Notes: generated from the sequence alone by a model not told the origin. Positions 48,601 to 61,450 are shown, counted from the first letter of the stretch. The stretch: 64,000 bases of DNA from an uncultured cyanobacterium (GCA_963793425.1 CAWCAG010000007.1:32001-96000); one strand, 5' to 3'. Numbers and translations are program-made.

Positions 48601-50585
48601 TCCAACTCAGAAATACGCTGAACCGTTACCGTATCAGCTTCAAAGCTTTCTCCAGTAACTTTAGGGGCAGGAGATTGATTATCTTCAGTAATCGTCACCA
48701 TCAAGAAATCCCCAGCTAGTTTGTTAGTTTTACTACGGCTAACTTTCAAATTAACTCTACGGCTATCCTCTGCTTGATCCAGCTTAATACCTGTATAAAG
48801 AATTGGTTTTTTCTCTTTCTTAGCTCGGTGGAGTGCCGTATTCAAGGGCAATTGCAATTCAGAAACTACTAGCTTATTAACATCTCTAGAAAGTTCCCCC
48901 GTCGGTAGTTTTAAAATATTGGCCAAATCTTCAAACAAATACAAAACCTGATTATTACTGTTAACCAATAAACAAGTAGTTTTCTGTTGCCCTAAAACTA
49001 AATTTAAAGCAGCTTCTAGTATAGGCTCTCTTCTACTGGTACTGACCTTCTTTTCCCTAGGAGGACTTGCCATATTAGTACCGAGTTTCTCAACTCCCCT
49101 CAAAGGCAAATTCAACCTCACATCCCGTTTCTTTTGATAAAGTTTCCAGGTTTTGTGCAAAGTCACAAATTCATCATTAAAATCCCCTAACGTCTCCGAT
49201 TCTCCTAAAAAAAGAGTTCCTTTAACAGTTAAAGCGAAGTGAAGATTACGCAAAACCTGTTGCTGTAACTGGGGCTGCATATAAATCAGGACATTGCGAC
49301 AACTAATAAGGTGAATGCGAGTAAAGCCAGCATCTTTGGTTAAATCGTGAGGAGCAAAAATCAACATCTCCCGTAGTTTCCGACTCACTTGGAAGCCAAC
49401 TTCAGTGGCAGTAAAATATTTTGCCAAGCGCTCTTGGTTAATTTCATTAGCGATGTTTTCTGGATAAACTCCTTGAGCAGCTTTCTCTAAAGCCAGACGG
49501 TTAATATCCGTAGCAAAAATTTTGACCTTAACTCGCTTATTAAATTTAGCAATAGCCTCATCTACCAAAATGGCCAAAGAATAAGCTTCTTCCCCTGTAG
49601 AACAAGCTGTAATCCAAAATCTCAACTCCTGCCCAGACTCCGCTTGCTTTAATAGGTTGTGAATAACATTTTTTTCTAAAAAGTTCCAGGCTGGGCGATC
49701 ACGGAAAAAATTAGTCACACCAATCAACAAGTCACCCCGGAGAATTTCCCGTTCCTCAGCGGATATTTCCAGAAGCTCGATATACTCTTCTATACTGGTA
49801 CAACCTGTAATCAAACAACGGCGATGAATGCGCCGACTTAAGGTATTGCTTTTATAGTGAGAGAAATCTACTTGTTTGTAGCGTGCTAGCAGGCTAGTAA
49901 TATTTTGTAATTCGGGGGAATTAGAAGAAAGTGCCTGCTGCTGAGATAGTTCTTGGGAATCTTGAGGGGATTGCAAAAACTGATAGATCGTTTCTGCTAA
50001 ATCTCGCGGCGAGAGAATGCGATTAATCACTCCTGTGGCGATCGCACTACGGGGCATACCATCAAATTCGGCCGTACTTGGTTCTTGTACCAGGGTAATA
50101 CCCCCGGCTTCATGAATGTCTCGCAAACCTTGAGTGCCATCGCTACCAGTTCCAGAAAGAACTACCCCAATCGCTCTTTCTTGATAATTTTTCCCTAGGG
50201 ATTTAAAAAACAGATCAATAGGAAAATTAGGGCGATGATGAATTCTATCTTCTCGTTTTTGCAGACGTAACTTCTCTTCTTCAATAACCAGATTGTTGCC
50301 CGGAGGAATTAAATAAATAGAGTTAGGCTCCAGTTTCATCCCATCCTTAACCTTATGGATATTCATCTCAGTACGCCGCCCCAAAAGTTCTTTCATCAAA
50401 CTCTTGAAGTCTGGGGAGAGGTGTTGAATAGTAATAAAAGCCGCCCCGCTATCTGTGGGCATATTTTCAAAAAACTCTTCTAAGGCACGAAGCCCCCCAG
50501 CAGAAGCACCAACCCCAACCACAAAGAATTTATTACTATCCTGTGAAGACTCAGCTAAAGAATGATCAGACTTGGATTTAGACAT
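45642..50585 (-). CDS. CheB-CheR-coiled coil-PAS-histidine kinase-REC fusion
   Basis: GASAGG, QHLSP, SGTGSDG (CheB); [24 protein letters not shown] (CheR); [11 protein letters not shown]; several PAS domains; SHELRTPL; C-terminal receiver. Confidence 0.94.
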   Translation of the reverse strand: MSKSKSDHSLAESSQDSNKFFVVGVGASAGGLRALEEFFENMPTDSGAAFITIQHLSPDFKSLMKELLGRRTEMNIHKVKDGMKLEPNSIYLIPPGNNLVIEEEKLRLQKREDRIHHRPNFPIDLFFKSLGKNYQERAIGVVLSGTGSDGTQGLRDIHEAGGITLVQEPSTAEFDGMPRSAIATGVINRILSPRDLAETIYQFLQSPQDSQELSQQQALSSNSPELQNITSLLARYKQVDFSHYKSNTLSRRIHRRCLITGCTSIEEYIELLEISAEEREILRGDLLIGVTNFFRDRPAWNFLEKNVIHNLLKQAESGQELRFWITACSTGEEAYSLAILVDEAIAKFNKRVKVKIFATDINRLALEKAAQGVYPENIANEINQERLAKYFTATEVGFQVSRKLREMLIFAPHDLTKDAGFTRIHLISCRNVLIYMQPQLQQQVLRNLHFALTVKGTLFLGESETLGDFNDEFVTLHKTWKLYQKKRDVRLNLPLRGVEKLGTNMASPPREKKVSTSRREPILEAALNLVLGQQKTTCLLVNSNNQVLYLFEDLANILKLPTGELSRDVNKLVVSELQLPLNTALHRAKKEKKPILYTGIKLDQAEDSRRVNLKVSRSKTNKLAGDFLMVTITEDNQSPAPKVTGESFEADTVTVQRISELEEELQHTRENLQAVIEELETTNEEQQATNEELIASNEELQSTNEELHSVNEELYSVNSEYQSKIQELTQLNDDVDNLLRSTDIGVVFLDKKLQIRKFTPAATEIINLVEADIGRPLKHLSHNMDCNNLLAMLQEVVETEEPLAKEVKLVETDMNLLLRIHPYRQNEGFSDGVVLTFIDIDDIKKAEEALKQAEEDLLRANESLERRVEERTADLQESEERFRATFEQAAVGIAHVSLEGKWLKVNHRICDIIGYTPEELIQLTFQDITHPDDLDADLGYVKQMLAGEINNYSMDKRYIHKNSAEVWICLTVSLVKTKTGKAKYFISVIEDIDERRQIQEQLRQAKENLELRVQKRTTALYESQEKLSLFIQHVPSAIAMFDSQMRYLATSRRWLTDYHLSQKDIIGRSHYDVFPEIPERWKEDHRKVLAGITVKSAEDSFIRDNGNIDWLRYELRPWFTQEGEIGGLIMFTEVITEMKQAKEALRQANVELELRVGKRTAELEIAKDKAEAADRAKSAFIAHMSHELRTPLNGILGFAQILKRDSALTPKQFNGVDIIHKSGSHLLTLIEDILYIAKIEAGKLEIQKSEFHFPSFLDNLIALVRVRAEEKSIAFNYQAISELPTIIKTDETRLRQILLNLLGNAVKFTVTGGVVFKVGYLASFESDTKTTNSSSIIRFYVEDTGPGIPSEKLAEIFLPFQQIIDSHIPNKGTGLGLTISQNIAGQMGSEIQVNSTLEKGSSFWFDLEIPEATTNHRRGEESLPPTAHKMQGYEGKRRKILIADDQVNNRAVLVNLLSPLGFEILEASNGAEALSKAKEFQPDLILLDLVMPVLDGFEVARRLQQEPNLKDKIVFAISASALPKDESSSYQAGCHAFLPKPVNFDQLLELIQTHLELEWSYSKSAIISSPSEKSPDKAPPLICPNEEVTTLLFSLAKRGDIRGILEQATQLEKQDEKFIPFSQEIRQLAQGFQIQQLQQFLHKCKAL

Positions 50586-50706
50586 AGGGGCGACTTAATG
50601 TGCTACACATTCCCATTTTGCAACAAAGTTCCAGGACAAGTTAGAGGGGATGATAATGTAATATTACCCATTAGTCATTAGCAATCAGCCATTAGCTACT
50701 CACTTA

Positions 50707-52326
50707 ATGAACCTAATTTATTTCCTGTTTAAATCTTCCTGGCAATTAGTTGGAATCGCAGTTTTGATGGGGTTTATTAGTGGAGGCAGTAGTGCAGGTT
50801 TAATTGCTTTAATTAGTAAAACTGTTGGGGATGGAGTTGAGGGCGCACCAGCTATTATTGCTTGGGGTTTTGCCGGGTTAGCGATGGTGGCTTTGCTAAC
50901 GAGCATTATCACGCGAGTAGTATTGATTCGTCTTTCTCAAGAGTCGATTTTCCAACTACAAATGCGCTTAAGTAAACAAATTTTAGCTACGGAATTAACT
51001 CATTTAGAAAAGTTAGGTTCCCCTCGGCTTTTAGCAACCTTAACTGAAGATATTCAAACCATTGCTAATGCGGTTTATGTTTTACCTTTTTTGTTTATCA
51101 ACCTGTCAGTAGTTGCAGGCTGTTTAATTTATATTACCTGGCTTTCTTGGCAAGTGTTATTCCTGGTTATGGCTTTGTCTTTCATTGCTTTAGCTAGTTG
51201 TCGCTTACTCTTAACGAAAGGAAGACACTTACTCACCCTCGCCCGTAACCAACAGGACTTACTCTTCAAACACTTTCGTACCATCACTGAAGGAACAAAA
51301 GAACTCAAACTTCACTATCAACGTCGCCAAGACTTTTTAAAAGAGGATTTACAAGCCACTGCCCATCAATTTAAACAATATAACATCACGGGACTAACTC
51401 TCTTTGCTACTACCGATAGTTGGGGAAAACTAATCCTTTTTTTTGCCATTGGCTTAGTGTTATTTATTTTACCCAATTTTCTAACTATTTCCTCCCAAAC
51501 TCTATCGGGTTATGTCTTAACTTTTACCTATTTGAGTGGGCCAATGGAAAATATTATTAACAAGCTGCCTTCACTTACTAAAGCTAACATTGCTCTCCAA
51601 AAAATCACGATGTTAGATTTATCCCTAACAAATCGAGCAGAAATTGCCCCTCAGCCACCGAAGTTTAAGCTCAAGTGGCAAAACTTACAACTTAAGGAAG
51701 TAGTTCATACTTACTTTAACCAACAAGAAGACATGAATTTCACCCTCGGCCCTTTAGATTTAGAATTACAACCAGGAGAAATAGTCTTTATTGTCGGCGG
51801 TAACGGTAGCGGCAAATCTACCCTAGCCAAGTTAATTACAGGGCTTTATTTTCCCCAGGCAGGAAGTATTTATTTAGATCAACAATTAATCCAACTAGAT
51901 AACCGAGAGTGGTATCGCCAACACTTTGCAGTTGTTTTTTCCGACTTTTATTTATTTGAAAGACTTTTAGGTTTCTCTCAACCAAACTTAGATAGGCAAG
52001 CACAAAACTATCTCAAAAAACTTCAACTAGAATCAAAAGTCAAAGTTAAGAAAGGTCAACTATCTACTACTACTCTTTCCCAAGGTCAAAGAAAGCGACT
52101 AGCTTTACTCACAGCTTATTTAGAAGATAGACCAATTTATCTTTTTGATGAGTGGGCAGCAGATCAAGACCCCACTTTTAAACAAGTTTTTTACACTCAG
52201 TTTTTACCTCAATTAAAAGAACAAGGTAAAACAATCTTAGTAATTAGCCACGATGATAGCTATTTTGAGGTTGCAGATCGCATTATTAAATTAGACTACG
52301 GTAAGGTGATTCAGAAGAACTTGTAG
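50707..52326 (+). CDS. Cyclic-peptide export ABC transporter (PvdE/SyrD/YojI family)
   Basis: TM domain, G.KELKL, GGNGSGKST, VFSDFYLF, LSQGQRKRLAL, FDEWAADQDP. Confidence 0.93.
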   Translation: MNLIYFLFKSSWQLVGIAVLMGFISGGSSAGLIALISKTVGDGVEGAPAIIAWGFAGLAMVALLTSIITRVVLIRLSQESIFQLQMRLSKQILATELTHLEKLGSPRLLATLTEDIQTIANAVYVLPFLFINLSVVAGCLIYITWLSWQVLFLVMALSFIALASCRLLLTKGRHLLTLARNQQDLLFKHFRTITEGTKELKLHYQRRQDFLKEDLQATAHQFKQYNITGLTLFATTDSWGKLILFFAIGLVLFILPNFLTISSQTLSGYVLTFTYLSGPMENIINKLPSLTKANIALQKITMLDLSLTNRAEIAPQPPKFKLKWQNLQLKEVVHTYFNQQEDMNFTLGPLDLELQPGEIVFIVGGNGSGKSTLAKLITGLYFPQAGSIYLDQQLIQLDNREWYRQHFAVVFSDFYLFERLLGFSQPNLDRQAQNYLKKLQLESKVKVKKGQLSTTTLSQGQRKRLALLTAYLEDRPIYLFDEWAADQDPTFKQVFYTQFLPQLKEQGKTILVISHDDSYFEVADRIIKLDYGKVIQKNL

Positions 52327-52459
52327 AGGTAGATTCTCGTTAATCTAGCTCGTTAATCTAAAATACTAATAACCCGCCCTTAACTCAAAAAGAGAAAATG
52401 CTAAAGTAGTCTAGTGTGCAAAGAGATAAGATTGTTTTCTGTTCACTATGCTTATAAAT

Positions 52460-52777
52460 ATGACCAAAACAGAAACTATCAAAGCAACGACTTCCCCTGT
52501 TGTTACCCCGGAAAAAACTAGTCAAACTACCCGCAAGCCTTATCCTAACTATAAGGTGATTGTCTTGGATGATGACTTTAATACCTTTCAGCACGTTTCT
52601 GAATGTCTGATGAAATACATTCCTAATATGACCAGCGATCGCGCTTGGGAATTAACCAACCAAATTCATTTTGATGGGCAAGCGATTGTCTGGATCGGAC
52701 CCCAAGAACCCGCAGAATTATATCATCAACAACTAAGCCGTGCCGGTTTAACCATGGCTCCTTTGGAGGAAGCTTAA
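52460..52777 (+). CDS. clpS: ATP-dependent Clp protease adaptor ClpS
   Basis: YKVIVLDDDFNTFQHV, H.DGQAIVW.G..E.AELY. Confidence 0.92.
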   Translation: MTKTETIKATTSPVVTPEKTSQTTRKPYPNYKVIVLDDDFNTFQHVSECLMKYIPNMTSDRAWELTNQIHFDGQAIVWIGPQEPAELYHQQLSRAGLTMAPLEEA

Positions 52778-52782
52778 AAATT

Positions 52783-53073
52783 ATGGCTCAGAACTCTAGC
52801 GGGAGGTTAGTTTGGAATCATTCTACCCATATATCTGGTTTAATTCCTATTTTAGAAAGATTGATTAAATGTGAAGGTATTCGCACTGTAACCCCTGCTG
52901 TTCTCAGCCGTTCAAAAGGCCATTGTCCTAAGATGAAGTTGAAGGTTTCTGTACCTATTCGCGGTGGTTATAAGGCGATCGCCCGCAAAGGAAAATCTGT
53001 TCAAGAAGTGTTTATTCTTACTGAGTTGGATAAGCCAGGTTTAGAAGCAGCTATCAAAAAAGCCATAAAGTAG
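52783..53073 (+). CDS. DUF2103 family protein
   Basis: GRLVWNHSTHI.GLIP.LE.L, TPAV, GG.KAIAR.G.SVQEVF. Confidence 0.8.
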   Translation: MAQNSSGRLVWNHSTHISGLIPILERLIKCEGIRTVTPAVLSRSKGHCPKMKLKVSVPIRGGYKAIARKGKSVQEVFILTELDKPGLEAAIKKAIK

Positions 53074-53358
53074 GATGCTAGTTGCTAGTTGTGGAAGTAG
53101 GAAATTACAGTTTATGTTAGAATGATTTCATTAGATAAAGTCAAGTCTCAACAAATTTTTTTCAGTCGGAGTGGGGTCGGGAGCTTCCTTAATATGGACA
53201 TAGGAGGTAAACATTTAGCCTGGAAAGTTTTATTTAAAATATTACCTATCTAAAAATTCAACAGTAGTTATTCAAACCGACTGAGACTATTCCTCTTGGG
53301 TGTTCGCCCTTAATTTTAGTTATGCTTGGAAAGATACCTTGCCAAGGAACTTGGAGCT

Positions 53359-53928
53359 ATGAGCGTCACTATTACTTCCTCCCTCAGCTTAGAAGAATTT
53401 CTCAAGCTTCCAGAAACTAAGCCAGCTAGGGAATATATTGATGGCAGAATTAGCCAGAAGCCAATGCCGAAAGGAAAACATAGTCGATTACAGCTTAAGC
53501 TTTGTAACAGTATCAACGACAAGACAGAAAGCCAAGGAATTGCTTATGCTTTCCCTGAATTACGTTGCACGTTTGGCACACGTTCAGTTGTACCTGATAT
53601 AGCAGTATTAAGATGGTCAAGAATCCCCTTTGATGAAGATGGTGAGGTTCCCAATGATTTTTTACTGCCTCCAGATTGGACAATAGAGATTCTTTCCCCG
53701 GAGCAAAGTTCTAATCGAGTAATTGGTAATATTCTTTATTGTTTACAACATGGCTGTCAACTTGGTTGGTTAATAGACCCCAATGACAGGTCTATTGTAG
53801 TATTTAGACCTGAACAACAACCAGAATTTTTACAAGGTGGAAGACTTCTTTCTGGATTAGAAAATATTAATCTCGAATTAACAGTAGAGGCAGTTTTCGC
53901 TTGGCTAAAGATGTCAGCAAATAGTTAG
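53359..53928 (+). CDS. Uma2 (DUF820) family endonuclease
   Basis: LEEFLKLPETKPA.EYIDG, KPMP.GKHS.LQ, PELRCTF, PDWTIEILSP. Confidence 0.92.
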   Translation: MSVTITSSLSLEEFLKLPETKPAREYIDGRISQKPMPKGKHSRLQLKLCNSINDKTESQGIAYAFPELRCTFGTRSVVPDIAVLRWSRIPFDEDGEVPNDFLLPPDWTIEILSPEQSSNRVIGNILYCLQHGCQLGWLIDPNDRSIVVFRPEQQPEFLQGGRLLSGLENINLELTVEAVFAWLKMSANS

Positions 53929-53947
53929 AAATTTGTTTCAATTATAC

Positions 53948-53980
53948 AAAAATCCCCCGCTTGGTAGCGAGGGATTTTTT
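53948..53980. terminator. Bidirectional intrinsic terminator downstream of psaB
   Basis: AAAAATCCCCCGC TTGGTA GCGAGGGATTTTTT hairpin flanked by A and T runs. Confidence 0.8.
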
Positions 53981-54006
53981 AATTATCAAGGCTCGGTTAG
54001 TAACCG

Positions 54007-56232
54007 TTAACCAAACTTACCTGCCGTTGAGGCAATTAAGAAGGCTGCATATGTGAGGACATAACCCACAGTGAAGTGAATTAAACCAATCAAGCGACCT
54101 TGAACAATAGACATAGCCACAGGCTTATCCTTCCAGCGAACTAGGTTAGCTAGAGGAGTACGCTCGTGGGCCCAGACTAAAGTTTCGATTAACTCTTGCC
54201 AATAACCACGCCAAGCGATAAGGAACATGAAACCTGTTGCCCAAACTAGGTGTCCGAAGAGGAACATCCAAGCCCAAACAGACAAGTTATTCATGCCGTA
54301 GGGGTTGTAACCGTTAATCAACTGGGCAGAGTTTAGCCAGAGATAATCTCGGAACCAACCCATCAAGTAAGTAGAAGACTCATTGAATTGAGCTACATTA
54401 CCTTGCCACACCCCTAGGTGTTTCCAGTGCCAGTAGAAGGTTAACCAACCCAAGGTGTTTAACATCCAGAACATAGCTAAGTAGAAGGAATCCCAAGCTG
54501 AGATATCGCAAGTACCGCCACGACCAGGACCGTCACAAGGGAAGGCAAAACCGAAGTCTTTCTTGTCTGGCATTAACTTAGAACCACGAGCATCTAATGC
54601 TCCTTTAACCAAAATTAAAGTTGTGGTATGCAAACCAAGGGCGATGGCATGGTGAACTAAGAAGTCTCCAGGACCGATGGTCAAGAATAAAGAGTTTGTA
54701 CCACTATTAATTGCATCCAACCAACCAGGTAACCAAACATTACCGTAGTTAGGCCAAGCTGTAGTAGCAATACTATCAGGGCTAGAAAGCAATACGTCCA
54801 TACCGTAGAGCATCTTACCGTGAGATGCTTGGATGAACTGAGCAAATACAGGTTCGATGAGAATTTGCTTTTCGGGAGTACCGAAAGCAACAACAACATC
54901 GTTGTGTACATACAAACCCAAGGTATGGAAACCTAAGAACAAGGACACCCAAGAAAGGTGAGAAATGATTGCTTCCTTGTGTTGCAATACGCGGTCGAGT
55001 ACATTACCTTTGTTTTGCTCTGGGTCGTAATCCCGTACTAGGAAAATCGCACCGTGGGCAAAGGCTCCTACCATAATGAAACCAGCAATGTACTGGTGAT
55101 GGGTATAAAGAGCTGCCTGGGTAGTGTAGTCCCTGGCCATAAAGGCATAGGGAGGTAGCGCGTACATATGTTGTGCTACCAAGGAAGTGATAACTCCTAA
55201 AGCTGCCAGGGCAAAGGCCAACTGGAAGTGTAGGGAGTTATTCATGGTGTCGTATAACCCTTGGTGAGGCAGGTTAAACTGACCTTCTGTTTCTTTGCCA
55301 AAGAATTTTTTGGCATTGACCATCTCTTTGATGCTGTGGCCTAAGCCCCAGTTTGTGCGGTACATATGACCAGCCACAATGAAGATAACAGCAATGGCTA
55401 AATGGTGGTGAGCCATATCTGTTAGCCAAAGAGATTCTGTTTGTGGGTGAAAACCACCCAAGAAGGTCAGAATTGCGGTACCTGCACCCTGAGAAGTTCC
55501 GAACACGTGGCTAGCTGTATCAGGGTTTTGGGCGTAAACTCCCCAGTTACCTGTGAAGAAAGGCCCTAATCCTGCGGGGTGGGGTTTGACGGAGAGGAAG
55601 TTATCCCAACCGACATGAACACCACGAGATTCAGGAATAGCTACGTGAATTAAATGTCCTGCCCAAGCTAAAGAGCTAACACCGAACAAACCAGCTAAGT
55701 GGTGATTGAGGCGGTGTTCTGCACTCTTGAACCAGGTCAAGCTAGGACGGAACTTGGGCTGCAAGTGGAGCCAGCCAGCAAATAGCATGACTGCTGACAA
55801 CAACAATAGAAATACTGACCCCATAAACAGGTCATTATTGTTGGTCATACCAATGGTATAGAACCAGTGATAAACCCCTGAGTAGGAGATATCAACTGGG
55901 TAAGATGCTCCACCTTGAGTGAAGGCATCTACCGCTGGTGCGCCGAATTGAGGGTCCCAAATCGCATGGGCGATGGGACGGACGTTGAGAGGATCTTTGA
56001 TCCACTGCTCGAAATTACCTTGCCAGGCTACGTGGAACAGGGTGCCGGAAGTCCACAGAAAGATGATGGCGATGTGACCAAAATGAGAGGCAAAAATCTT
56101 TTGATAAAGATTTTCCTCGGTCATACCATCATGGCTTTCAAAGTCGTGGGCTGTAGCAATCCCGTACCAAATCCGACGAGTAGTCGGATCTTGAGCTAAG
56201 TCCTGGCTAAATTTGGGAAATTTAGTTGCCAT
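54007..56232 (-). CDS. psaB: Photosystem I P700 apoprotein A2
   Basis: [40 protein letters not shown]. Confidence 0.99.
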   Translation of the reverse strand: MATKFPKFSQDLAQDPTTRRIWYGIATAHDFESHDGMTEENLYQKIFASHFGHIAIIFLWTSGTLFHVAWQGNFEQWIKDPLNVRPIAHAIWDPQFGAPAVDAFTQGGASYPVDISYSGVYHWFYTIGMTNNNDLFMGSVFLLLLSAVMLFAGWLHLQPKFRPSLTWFKSAEHRLNHHLAGLFGVSSLAWAGHLIHVAIPESRGVHVGWDNFLSVKPHPAGLGPFFTGNWGVYAQNPDTASHVFGTSQGAGTAILTFLGGFHPQTESLWLTDMAHHHLAIAVIFIVAGHMYRTNWGLGHSIKEMVNAKKFFGKETEGQFNLPHQGLYDTMNNSLHFQLAFALAALGVITSLVAQHMYALPPYAFMARDYTTQAALYTHHQYIAGFIMVGAFAHGAIFLVRDYDPEQNKGNVLDRVLQHKEAIISHLSWVSLFLGFHTLGLYVHNDVVVAFGTPEKQILIEPVFAQFIQASHGKMLYGMDVLLSSPDSIATTAWPNYGNVWLPGWLDAINSGTNSLFLTIGPGDFLVHHAIALGLHTTTLILVKGALDARGSKLMPDKKDFGFAFPCDGPGRGGTCDISAWDSFYLAMFWMLNTLGWLTFYWHWKHLGVWQGNVAQFNESSTYLMGWFRDYLWLNSAQLINGYNPYGMNNLSVWAWMFLFGHLVWATGFMFLIAWRGYWQELIETLVWAHERTPLANLVRWKDKPVAMSIVQGRLIGLIHFTVGYVLTYAAFLIASTAGKFG

Positions 56233-56406
56233 AAGTCTTTGGGAAATTCTCCTCGCTTAAAAATGAGGCAAGTGCTTCTATGGCTGCTCATCTTTTGCTT
56301 TAATTACCTCCTGGAACCGATAGTCCCAGGCGGCACGAAGGTTTAAAAAATCGGCTTTTAACTTAAGTTTATTTCAACTTTAGCTCAACCGTTATCGTTT
56401 AAACAT

Positions 56407-58659
56407 TTATCCTACTGCGAGCATTCGCGCTAGGAAAAATGCCCAGGTTGTTACAATTCCTCCTAAGAGGTAGTGAGTTACTCCTACAGCCCGTCCTTGA
56501 ATAATGCTTAAAGCACGAGGCTGAATAGCAGGAGCGACTCTCAGTTTGTTATGAGCCCAAACGATAGACTCAATTAGCTCTTGCCAGTAACCACGACCAC
56601 TGAAGAGGAACATGAGGCTAAAGGCAAAGATAAAGTGACCTGCCAAGAACATAATGCCATAGGCAGATAGAGCTGAACCGTAAGAGGTGATTACCTGAGA
56701 AGCTTGCGCCCAGAGGAAATCACGTAACCAACCGTTGATGGTAATTGCACTTTGGGCAAAGTTACCATTGGTGATGTGGGATACTGTACCACCATCCACT
56801 GTTCCCCATACATCTGATTGCATTTTCCAACTAAAGTGGAAAATTACGATTGATAGGGAGTTGTACATCCAGAATAGACCAAGGAATACATGGTCCCAAC
56901 CAGATACTTGGCAAGTACCGCCACGACCAGGGCCGTCACAGGGGAAGCGGAAACCTAGGTTGCTCTTATCAGGAATTAAACGAGAATTACGAGAATACAG
57001 CAAGCCCTTTAAAAGAATCAGTACGGTGACGTGAATTGTAAAGGCATGGATATGGTGAACCATGAAGTCTGCTGTACCCAGAGTAATAGGCATCATTGCT
57101 ACTTTACCGCCGACGGCAACAATGTCTCCTCCAAAGGCGTAACTAGCTGGTTCTAAAGCACCAGGTGCAGTTCCACCAGGAGCTAAAGTGTGGATATTTT
57201 GTATCCACTGAGCGAATACTGGTTGTAATTGGATTCCCGTATCCGAGAACATATCTTGGGGGCGACCAAAAGCACGCATGGTGTCGTTGTGGACATAAAG
57301 TCCAAAACTGTGGAAGCCCAGGAATATACATACCCAGTTTAAGTGGGAAATAATTGCATCTCGGTGACGAATTACCCGGTCTAGCAAATTATTGACGTTC
57401 TTGGCTGGATCGTAGTCGCGCACCATGAAGATGGCTCCATGAGCGCCAGCACCAACAATCAAGAAGCCGCCAATCCACATATGGTGAGTAAACAACGATA
57501 TTTGAGTACCGTAGTCTGTAGCCATATAAGGATAGGGAGGCATCGCGTACATATGTTGTGCCACGATGATTGTCAAAGAACCTAGCATTGCTAAGTTAAT
57601 AGCTAGCTGAGCGTGCCAAGAAGTGGTCAGAATTTCATAAAGACCTTTATGTCCTTCACCAGTTAGAGGGCCTCTGTGGCTCTCTAGGATTTCTTTCATG
57701 CTATGGCCAATGCCCCAGTTGGTGCGGTACATATGACCAGCAATGATGAACAATACAGCAATCGCAACGTGATGGTGTGCTGTATCGGACAACCACAAGC
57801 CTCCAGTTACTGGATTTAAGCCCCCCTTGAAGGTTAAGAAGTCGGCGTATGTTCCCCAGTTCAAAGTGAAGAAGGGTTTTAGTCCTTCTGCAAAACTAGG
57901 ATACAGCTCGACCATTAAGTCCTTGTTGAGGATAAATTCATGAGGCAAGGGAATATCTGCTGGAGCAACCCCTGCATCTAGAAGTTTATTGATGGGCAGA
58001 GAAACATGAATTTGGTGTCCTGCCCAACCAAGGGAACCTAGACCTAATAACCCGGCTAGGTGGTGGTTCATCATCGACTCCACGTTCTGGAACCATTCCA
58101 GTTTAGGAGCCTTTTTATGATAGTGGAACCATCCGGCGAAGAGCATCAAACCAGCCATTACTAGTCCACCGATGGCGGTGCAGTAAAGTTGGAATTCATT
58201 GGTGATGCCAGAAGCTCGCCAGAGGTAAAATAACCCAGAAGTTATCTGGATACCGCTGAAGCCGCCACCCACATCAGCGTTCAGGATGCCTTGGCCGACG
58301 ATGGGCCAGACTACTTGAGCGCTTGGTTTAATTACGGTGGGGTCTGTTAACCAAGCTTCATAGTTGGAAAAGCGAGCGCCATGGAAATACATCCCACTTA
58401 GCCAGACAAAAATCACGGCTAAGTGACCGAAGTGGGCGCTGAAGATTTTCCGAGAAATATCTTCTAAATCACTTGTTTGTGTATCAAAATCGTGGACGTT
58501 AGCGTGAAGGTTCCAAATCCATGTAGTGGTTTGGGGACCTTTAGCCAAGGTACGGTCGAAGTGTCCTGGTTTACCCCACTTCTCAAAAGAAGTAGGAACT
58601 GGATCTTTGTCAACCGTGACCCTGACTTTCGCCTCTTTTTCTGGAGGACTGATTGTCAT
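56407..58659 (-). CDS. psaA: Photosystem I P700 apoprotein A1
   Basis: MTISPPE...[30 protein letters not shown]. Confidence 0.99.
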   Translation of the reverse strand: MTISPPEKEAKVRVTVDKDPVPTSFEKWGKPGHFDRTLAKGPQTTTWIWNLHANVHDFDTQTSDLEDISRKIFSAHFGHLAVIFVWLSGMYFHGARFSNYEAWLTDPTVIKPSAQVVWPIVGQGILNADVGGGFSGIQITSGLFYLWRASGITNEFQLYCTAIGGLVMAGLMLFAGWFHYHKKAPKLEWFQNVESMMNHHLAGLLGLGSLGWAGHQIHVSLPINKLLDAGVAPADIPLPHEFILNKDLMVELYPSFAEGLKPFFTLNWGTYADFLTFKGGLNPVTGGLWLSDTAHHHVAIAVLFIIAGHMYRTNWGIGHSMKEILESHRGPLTGEGHKGLYEILTTSWHAQLAINLAMLGSLTIIVAQHMYAMPPYPYMATDYGTQISLFTHHMWIGGFLIVGAGAHGAIFMVRDYDPAKNVNNLLDRVIRHRDAIISHLNWVCIFLGFHSFGLYVHNDTMRAFGRPQDMFSDTGIQLQPVFAQWIQNIHTLAPGGTAPGALEPASYAFGGDIVAVGGKVAMMPITLGTADFMVHHIHAFTIHVTVLILLKGLLYSRNSRLIPDKSNLGFRFPCDGPGRGGTCQVSGWDHVFLGLFWMYNSLSIVIFHFSWKMQSDVWGTVDGGTVSHITNGNFAQSAITINGWLRDFLWAQASQVITSYGSALSAYGIMFLAGHFIFAFSLMFLFSGRGYWQELIESIVWAHNKLRVAPAIQPRALSIIQGRAVGVTHYLLGGIVTTWAFFLARMLAVG

Positions 58660-59054
58660 GAGGGCTCTCCTCTCTAGACAAGGGAATAGGTTTTCCCGAT
58701 AGGGCGTTTTGTATGTTGTGCCAGAAAAACTAGTTTATAAAACTGCTTTTCTAGCGTTGGTAGGATATCCGCTTAAAAATGAATAAAGGGAACACCTTAC
58801 CTTGTAGATGATAAAACCTACTTACCCTTGTTTTCCCAAGGATTAACAATATTTAAAATTAGCTCAATCTTTTGTTTAATCGCGATTATAGCCTCCATTG
58901 CTCTAGCGAGAAGTCAAGGGTTAAGGGCTTTATCGTTACAAAACACAACATTTTCTCGAAATCCCCCTCAGTTAATAGAGTCATTTTAGTTAAGTAAAAT
59001 GTTTTGTTTACAAGATGAGGGAAGATTAATATACAGACCATAGGAGGATAAGGC

Positions 59055-60338
59055 GTGTTGGGTTTCAATAGGCGAGTACAAAGCATCAGAGCGATTTTTT
59101 CTTGCTTAATGGTGTTGATATTAAGTTTCGGTTTGATTAGTTGTGATGATTCTCTCGGCAATAAGTTAGCATCAGGTACAGAAACGGCTACTGGTTCCCA
59201 AACTTCTCAAACCCGCTTGACAAGAAAGCTAACTGAGGTCGCACCGCCCCCAGTTATTCAACAGTTACGTCAAAGCTTGGAGCAATATCAACCTCAAGTG
59301 ACTATTACTAGTCCTCAACCAGAGCAAGTGCTTGAAGATACGACAGTGAGTGTGGAACTACAGGTTCAGGATTTACCTACTTTTAAAAATGACGATTTAA
59401 GTATGGGGCCTCATCTACATCTTATTTTGGATAACCAACCCTACCAAGCTGTTTATAATCCAGAAGAACCAGTAATACTGTCAGATTTAGAACCCGGAAC
59501 TCATACTTTGAGGGTATTTGCTTCTCGCCCCTGGCATGAAAGCTTTAAAAATGAGGGAGCTTATGCCCAAGCAACTTTTCATATCTTTACAAAAATCACC
59601 CGCAATCATCCTGATACAGCTTTACCTCTGTTAACTTACAGCCGTCCTAAAGGACAGTATGGGGCAGAGCCAATTATGCTCGATTTTTATCTTACTAATG
59701 CTCCTTTACATTTAGTTGCCCAAGAGAGTCCTGAAGATAATGTTGTTGATTGGCGAGTTCGAGTCACAATTAATGGGCAAAGTTTCTTTGTTGATAGTTG
59801 GTTGCCAATTTATTTGCAAGGATTTAAGCAAGGCGACAATTGGGTTGAATTAGAATTTCTTGATGAACAAGGTAATCTTATTGATAATGAGTTTAATAAT
59901 ACGGTTCGTTTGATTAATTACCAACCCAAGGGACAAGATACTCTTTCTAAGTTAGTGAGGGGAGAAATTTCTTTTACAGAAGCTCGCGGTATTGTTGAAG
60001 CAGAAGTTCCTATTGCAGAAACTGAACCTTGGGTTGAAGAGGAAGAATCGATAACAAAAGAAACTGAAGAAATTGAGGAAATCCCAGCAGAAGTTGAAAC
60101 ACCAGTAGAAGAAGAAATTCCTCTGGAAGAAGAAACTGTCGTTGAGGATAAAACCACGACTCAAGAAGCTAAAGATGTTCCGATTGAAGAAGAAACTACA
60201 ACTCAAGAAGTTGAGGAGAAAGTTGGTTTAGAGGAGCTACAAGAAGAGGCTGAAGAAGTTGTTCCAGAATATTTTGAGGAACTTGAATTAGAACCAGAAA
60301 AGATTGAGCTAGAAGAAAGTTTGGCTGAACCTTCTTGA
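59055..60338 (+). CDS. Conserved cyanobacterial lipoprotein with acidic C-terminal tail
   Basis: Lipobox LISC; GPHLHLILDN.PY, GTHTLRVFASRPWHESFKN, LTYSRPKG.YG..PIMLDFYL; E-rich tail. Confidence 0.8.
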   Translation: MLGFNRRVQSIRAIFSCLMVLILSFGLISCDDSLGNKLASGTETATGSQTSQTRLTRKLTEVAPPPVIQQLRQSLEQYQPQVTITSPQPEQVLEDTTVSVELQVQDLPTFKNDDLSMGPHLHLILDNQPYQAVYNPEEPVILSDLEPGTHTLRVFASRPWHESFKNEGAYAQATFHIFTKITRNHPDTALPLLTYSRPKGQYGAEPIMLDFYLTNAPLHLVAQESPEDNVVDWRVRVTINGQSFFVDSWLPIYLQGFKQGDNWVELEFLDEQGNLIDNEFNNTVRLINYQPKGQDTLSKLVRGEISFTEARGIVEAEVPIAETEPWVEEEESITKETEEIEEIPAEVETPVEEEIPLEEETVVEDKTTTQEAKDVPIEEETTTQEVEEKVGLEELQEEAEEVVPEYFEELELEPEKIELEESLAEPS

Positions 60339-60575
60339 TTTTTAAGTTGATTAGGAATTGCTAAAGAGCGGCGAGTTTTTCTATTATTTACCGCTCTTAT
60401 TTTAGTTGAGAATTTATTTTTTCTTATCGCAACAATTTGCCGCCGTTTTATTGACCGAGAAAACCTGTCAAAATTAGAGGCAAAGCAATAACTAATAAAA
60501 CAATGACGAACATTGTTACAGGGTCAATGTTAATAACATAAGGTTCTTTATTCTTAGGCATTTATTTATTCTCCT

Positions 60576-61450
60576 TTAAGTTACTAAATAACGCTGTAAA
60601 AAACTCTCTAAAGATTCCATTTCTACACCGTATACCAACTGCAAATGACTAAGTTCTTCAGGAGTACAGTAAAATTCATTAGCTAAGAGGGTTCTGAAAG
60701 TTCCTAATGATTTTTGTAATTTTGGATTAATGAAGCCTAAACTGCTTCGTACCCCATCTACTAACATCAAAGGTACATTAATTATTAGTGGTTCTTGGTG
60801 AAAAACGCGGGCAAAGATGCGAGGAATATCTTCTCTTTTGAGAACATCAGGCCCCCGACCGTAAAAGTTTGGTTTTTTGCTCCTTCTAAAGTAACAGATT
60901 TAATAGCAATTTCGGCTAAGTCATCAGTACTAACAATAGAAGAACGGTTTTGGGTGTTACCTATTAATAAATAAATACCTGTATCCCGAAATTGTTCTGC
61001 TAAACGAAGGATGTTAGAAGCAAGTCCAGAAGGGCGGAGAATTGTATAGTTTAAACCGCTAGTTCTTAAGTATTTTTCTACTTCACGTTTAGCTTTAAAA
61101 GTTGGTGCATCTTCATACTCTCTATCTGCACCTAAAACAGAAATTAATACAAAATGTTCGACATTATTTTCTTTTGCACAATCAATTAATTCGATGTTGG
61201 CGCGGTAGTCTAAAGCAAAGGCATCTCCATCAGAACCGTGGGCGCTAATGACATATTTAATTCCCTCTGTAGCTTTTTTGATGTCTTTGTCATAACGTAA
61301 GTCCCCGACAAAGATTTCTGCACCGCGATTTTCTAATTCTTGATAATGAGAACTTAAGCGAACGAAACCACGTACTAGTTGTCCTTGTTCTCTTAACAAC
61401 CTAACAACTCTCTTACCAATGTCTCCGGTTGCTCCTGTTACTAAATACAT
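60576..61450 (-). CDS. NAD(P)-binding SDR/NmrA-like oxidoreductase split by a 1-nt deletion in a G5 run near 60852-60856
   Basis: LVTGATG.IG, ILRPS; one extra G restores VGGPDVLKREDIPRIFARVF and joins ORF 60576..60770. Confidence 0.85.

Noticed and set aside
37756..53928. Two Uma2 nucleases as a defence system
   Set aside because: Highly expanded, scattered family in cyanobacteria; the two copies are unlinked and have no partner genes
54007..58659. Far-red or otherwise specialised PSI paralogs
   Set aside because: Sequences look like conventional PsaA/PsaB, with no far-red cluster genes nearby
58840..59015. TTACA-type HLR1/RpaB-like boxes upstream of psaA
   Set aside because: Plausible from known psaA regulation, but the matches are too imperfect to place
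54681..60206. Antisense and alternative-frame ORFs in psaB, psaA and the acidic lipoprotein tail
   Set aside because: Expected by-products of biased codon use and low-complexity GAA repeats
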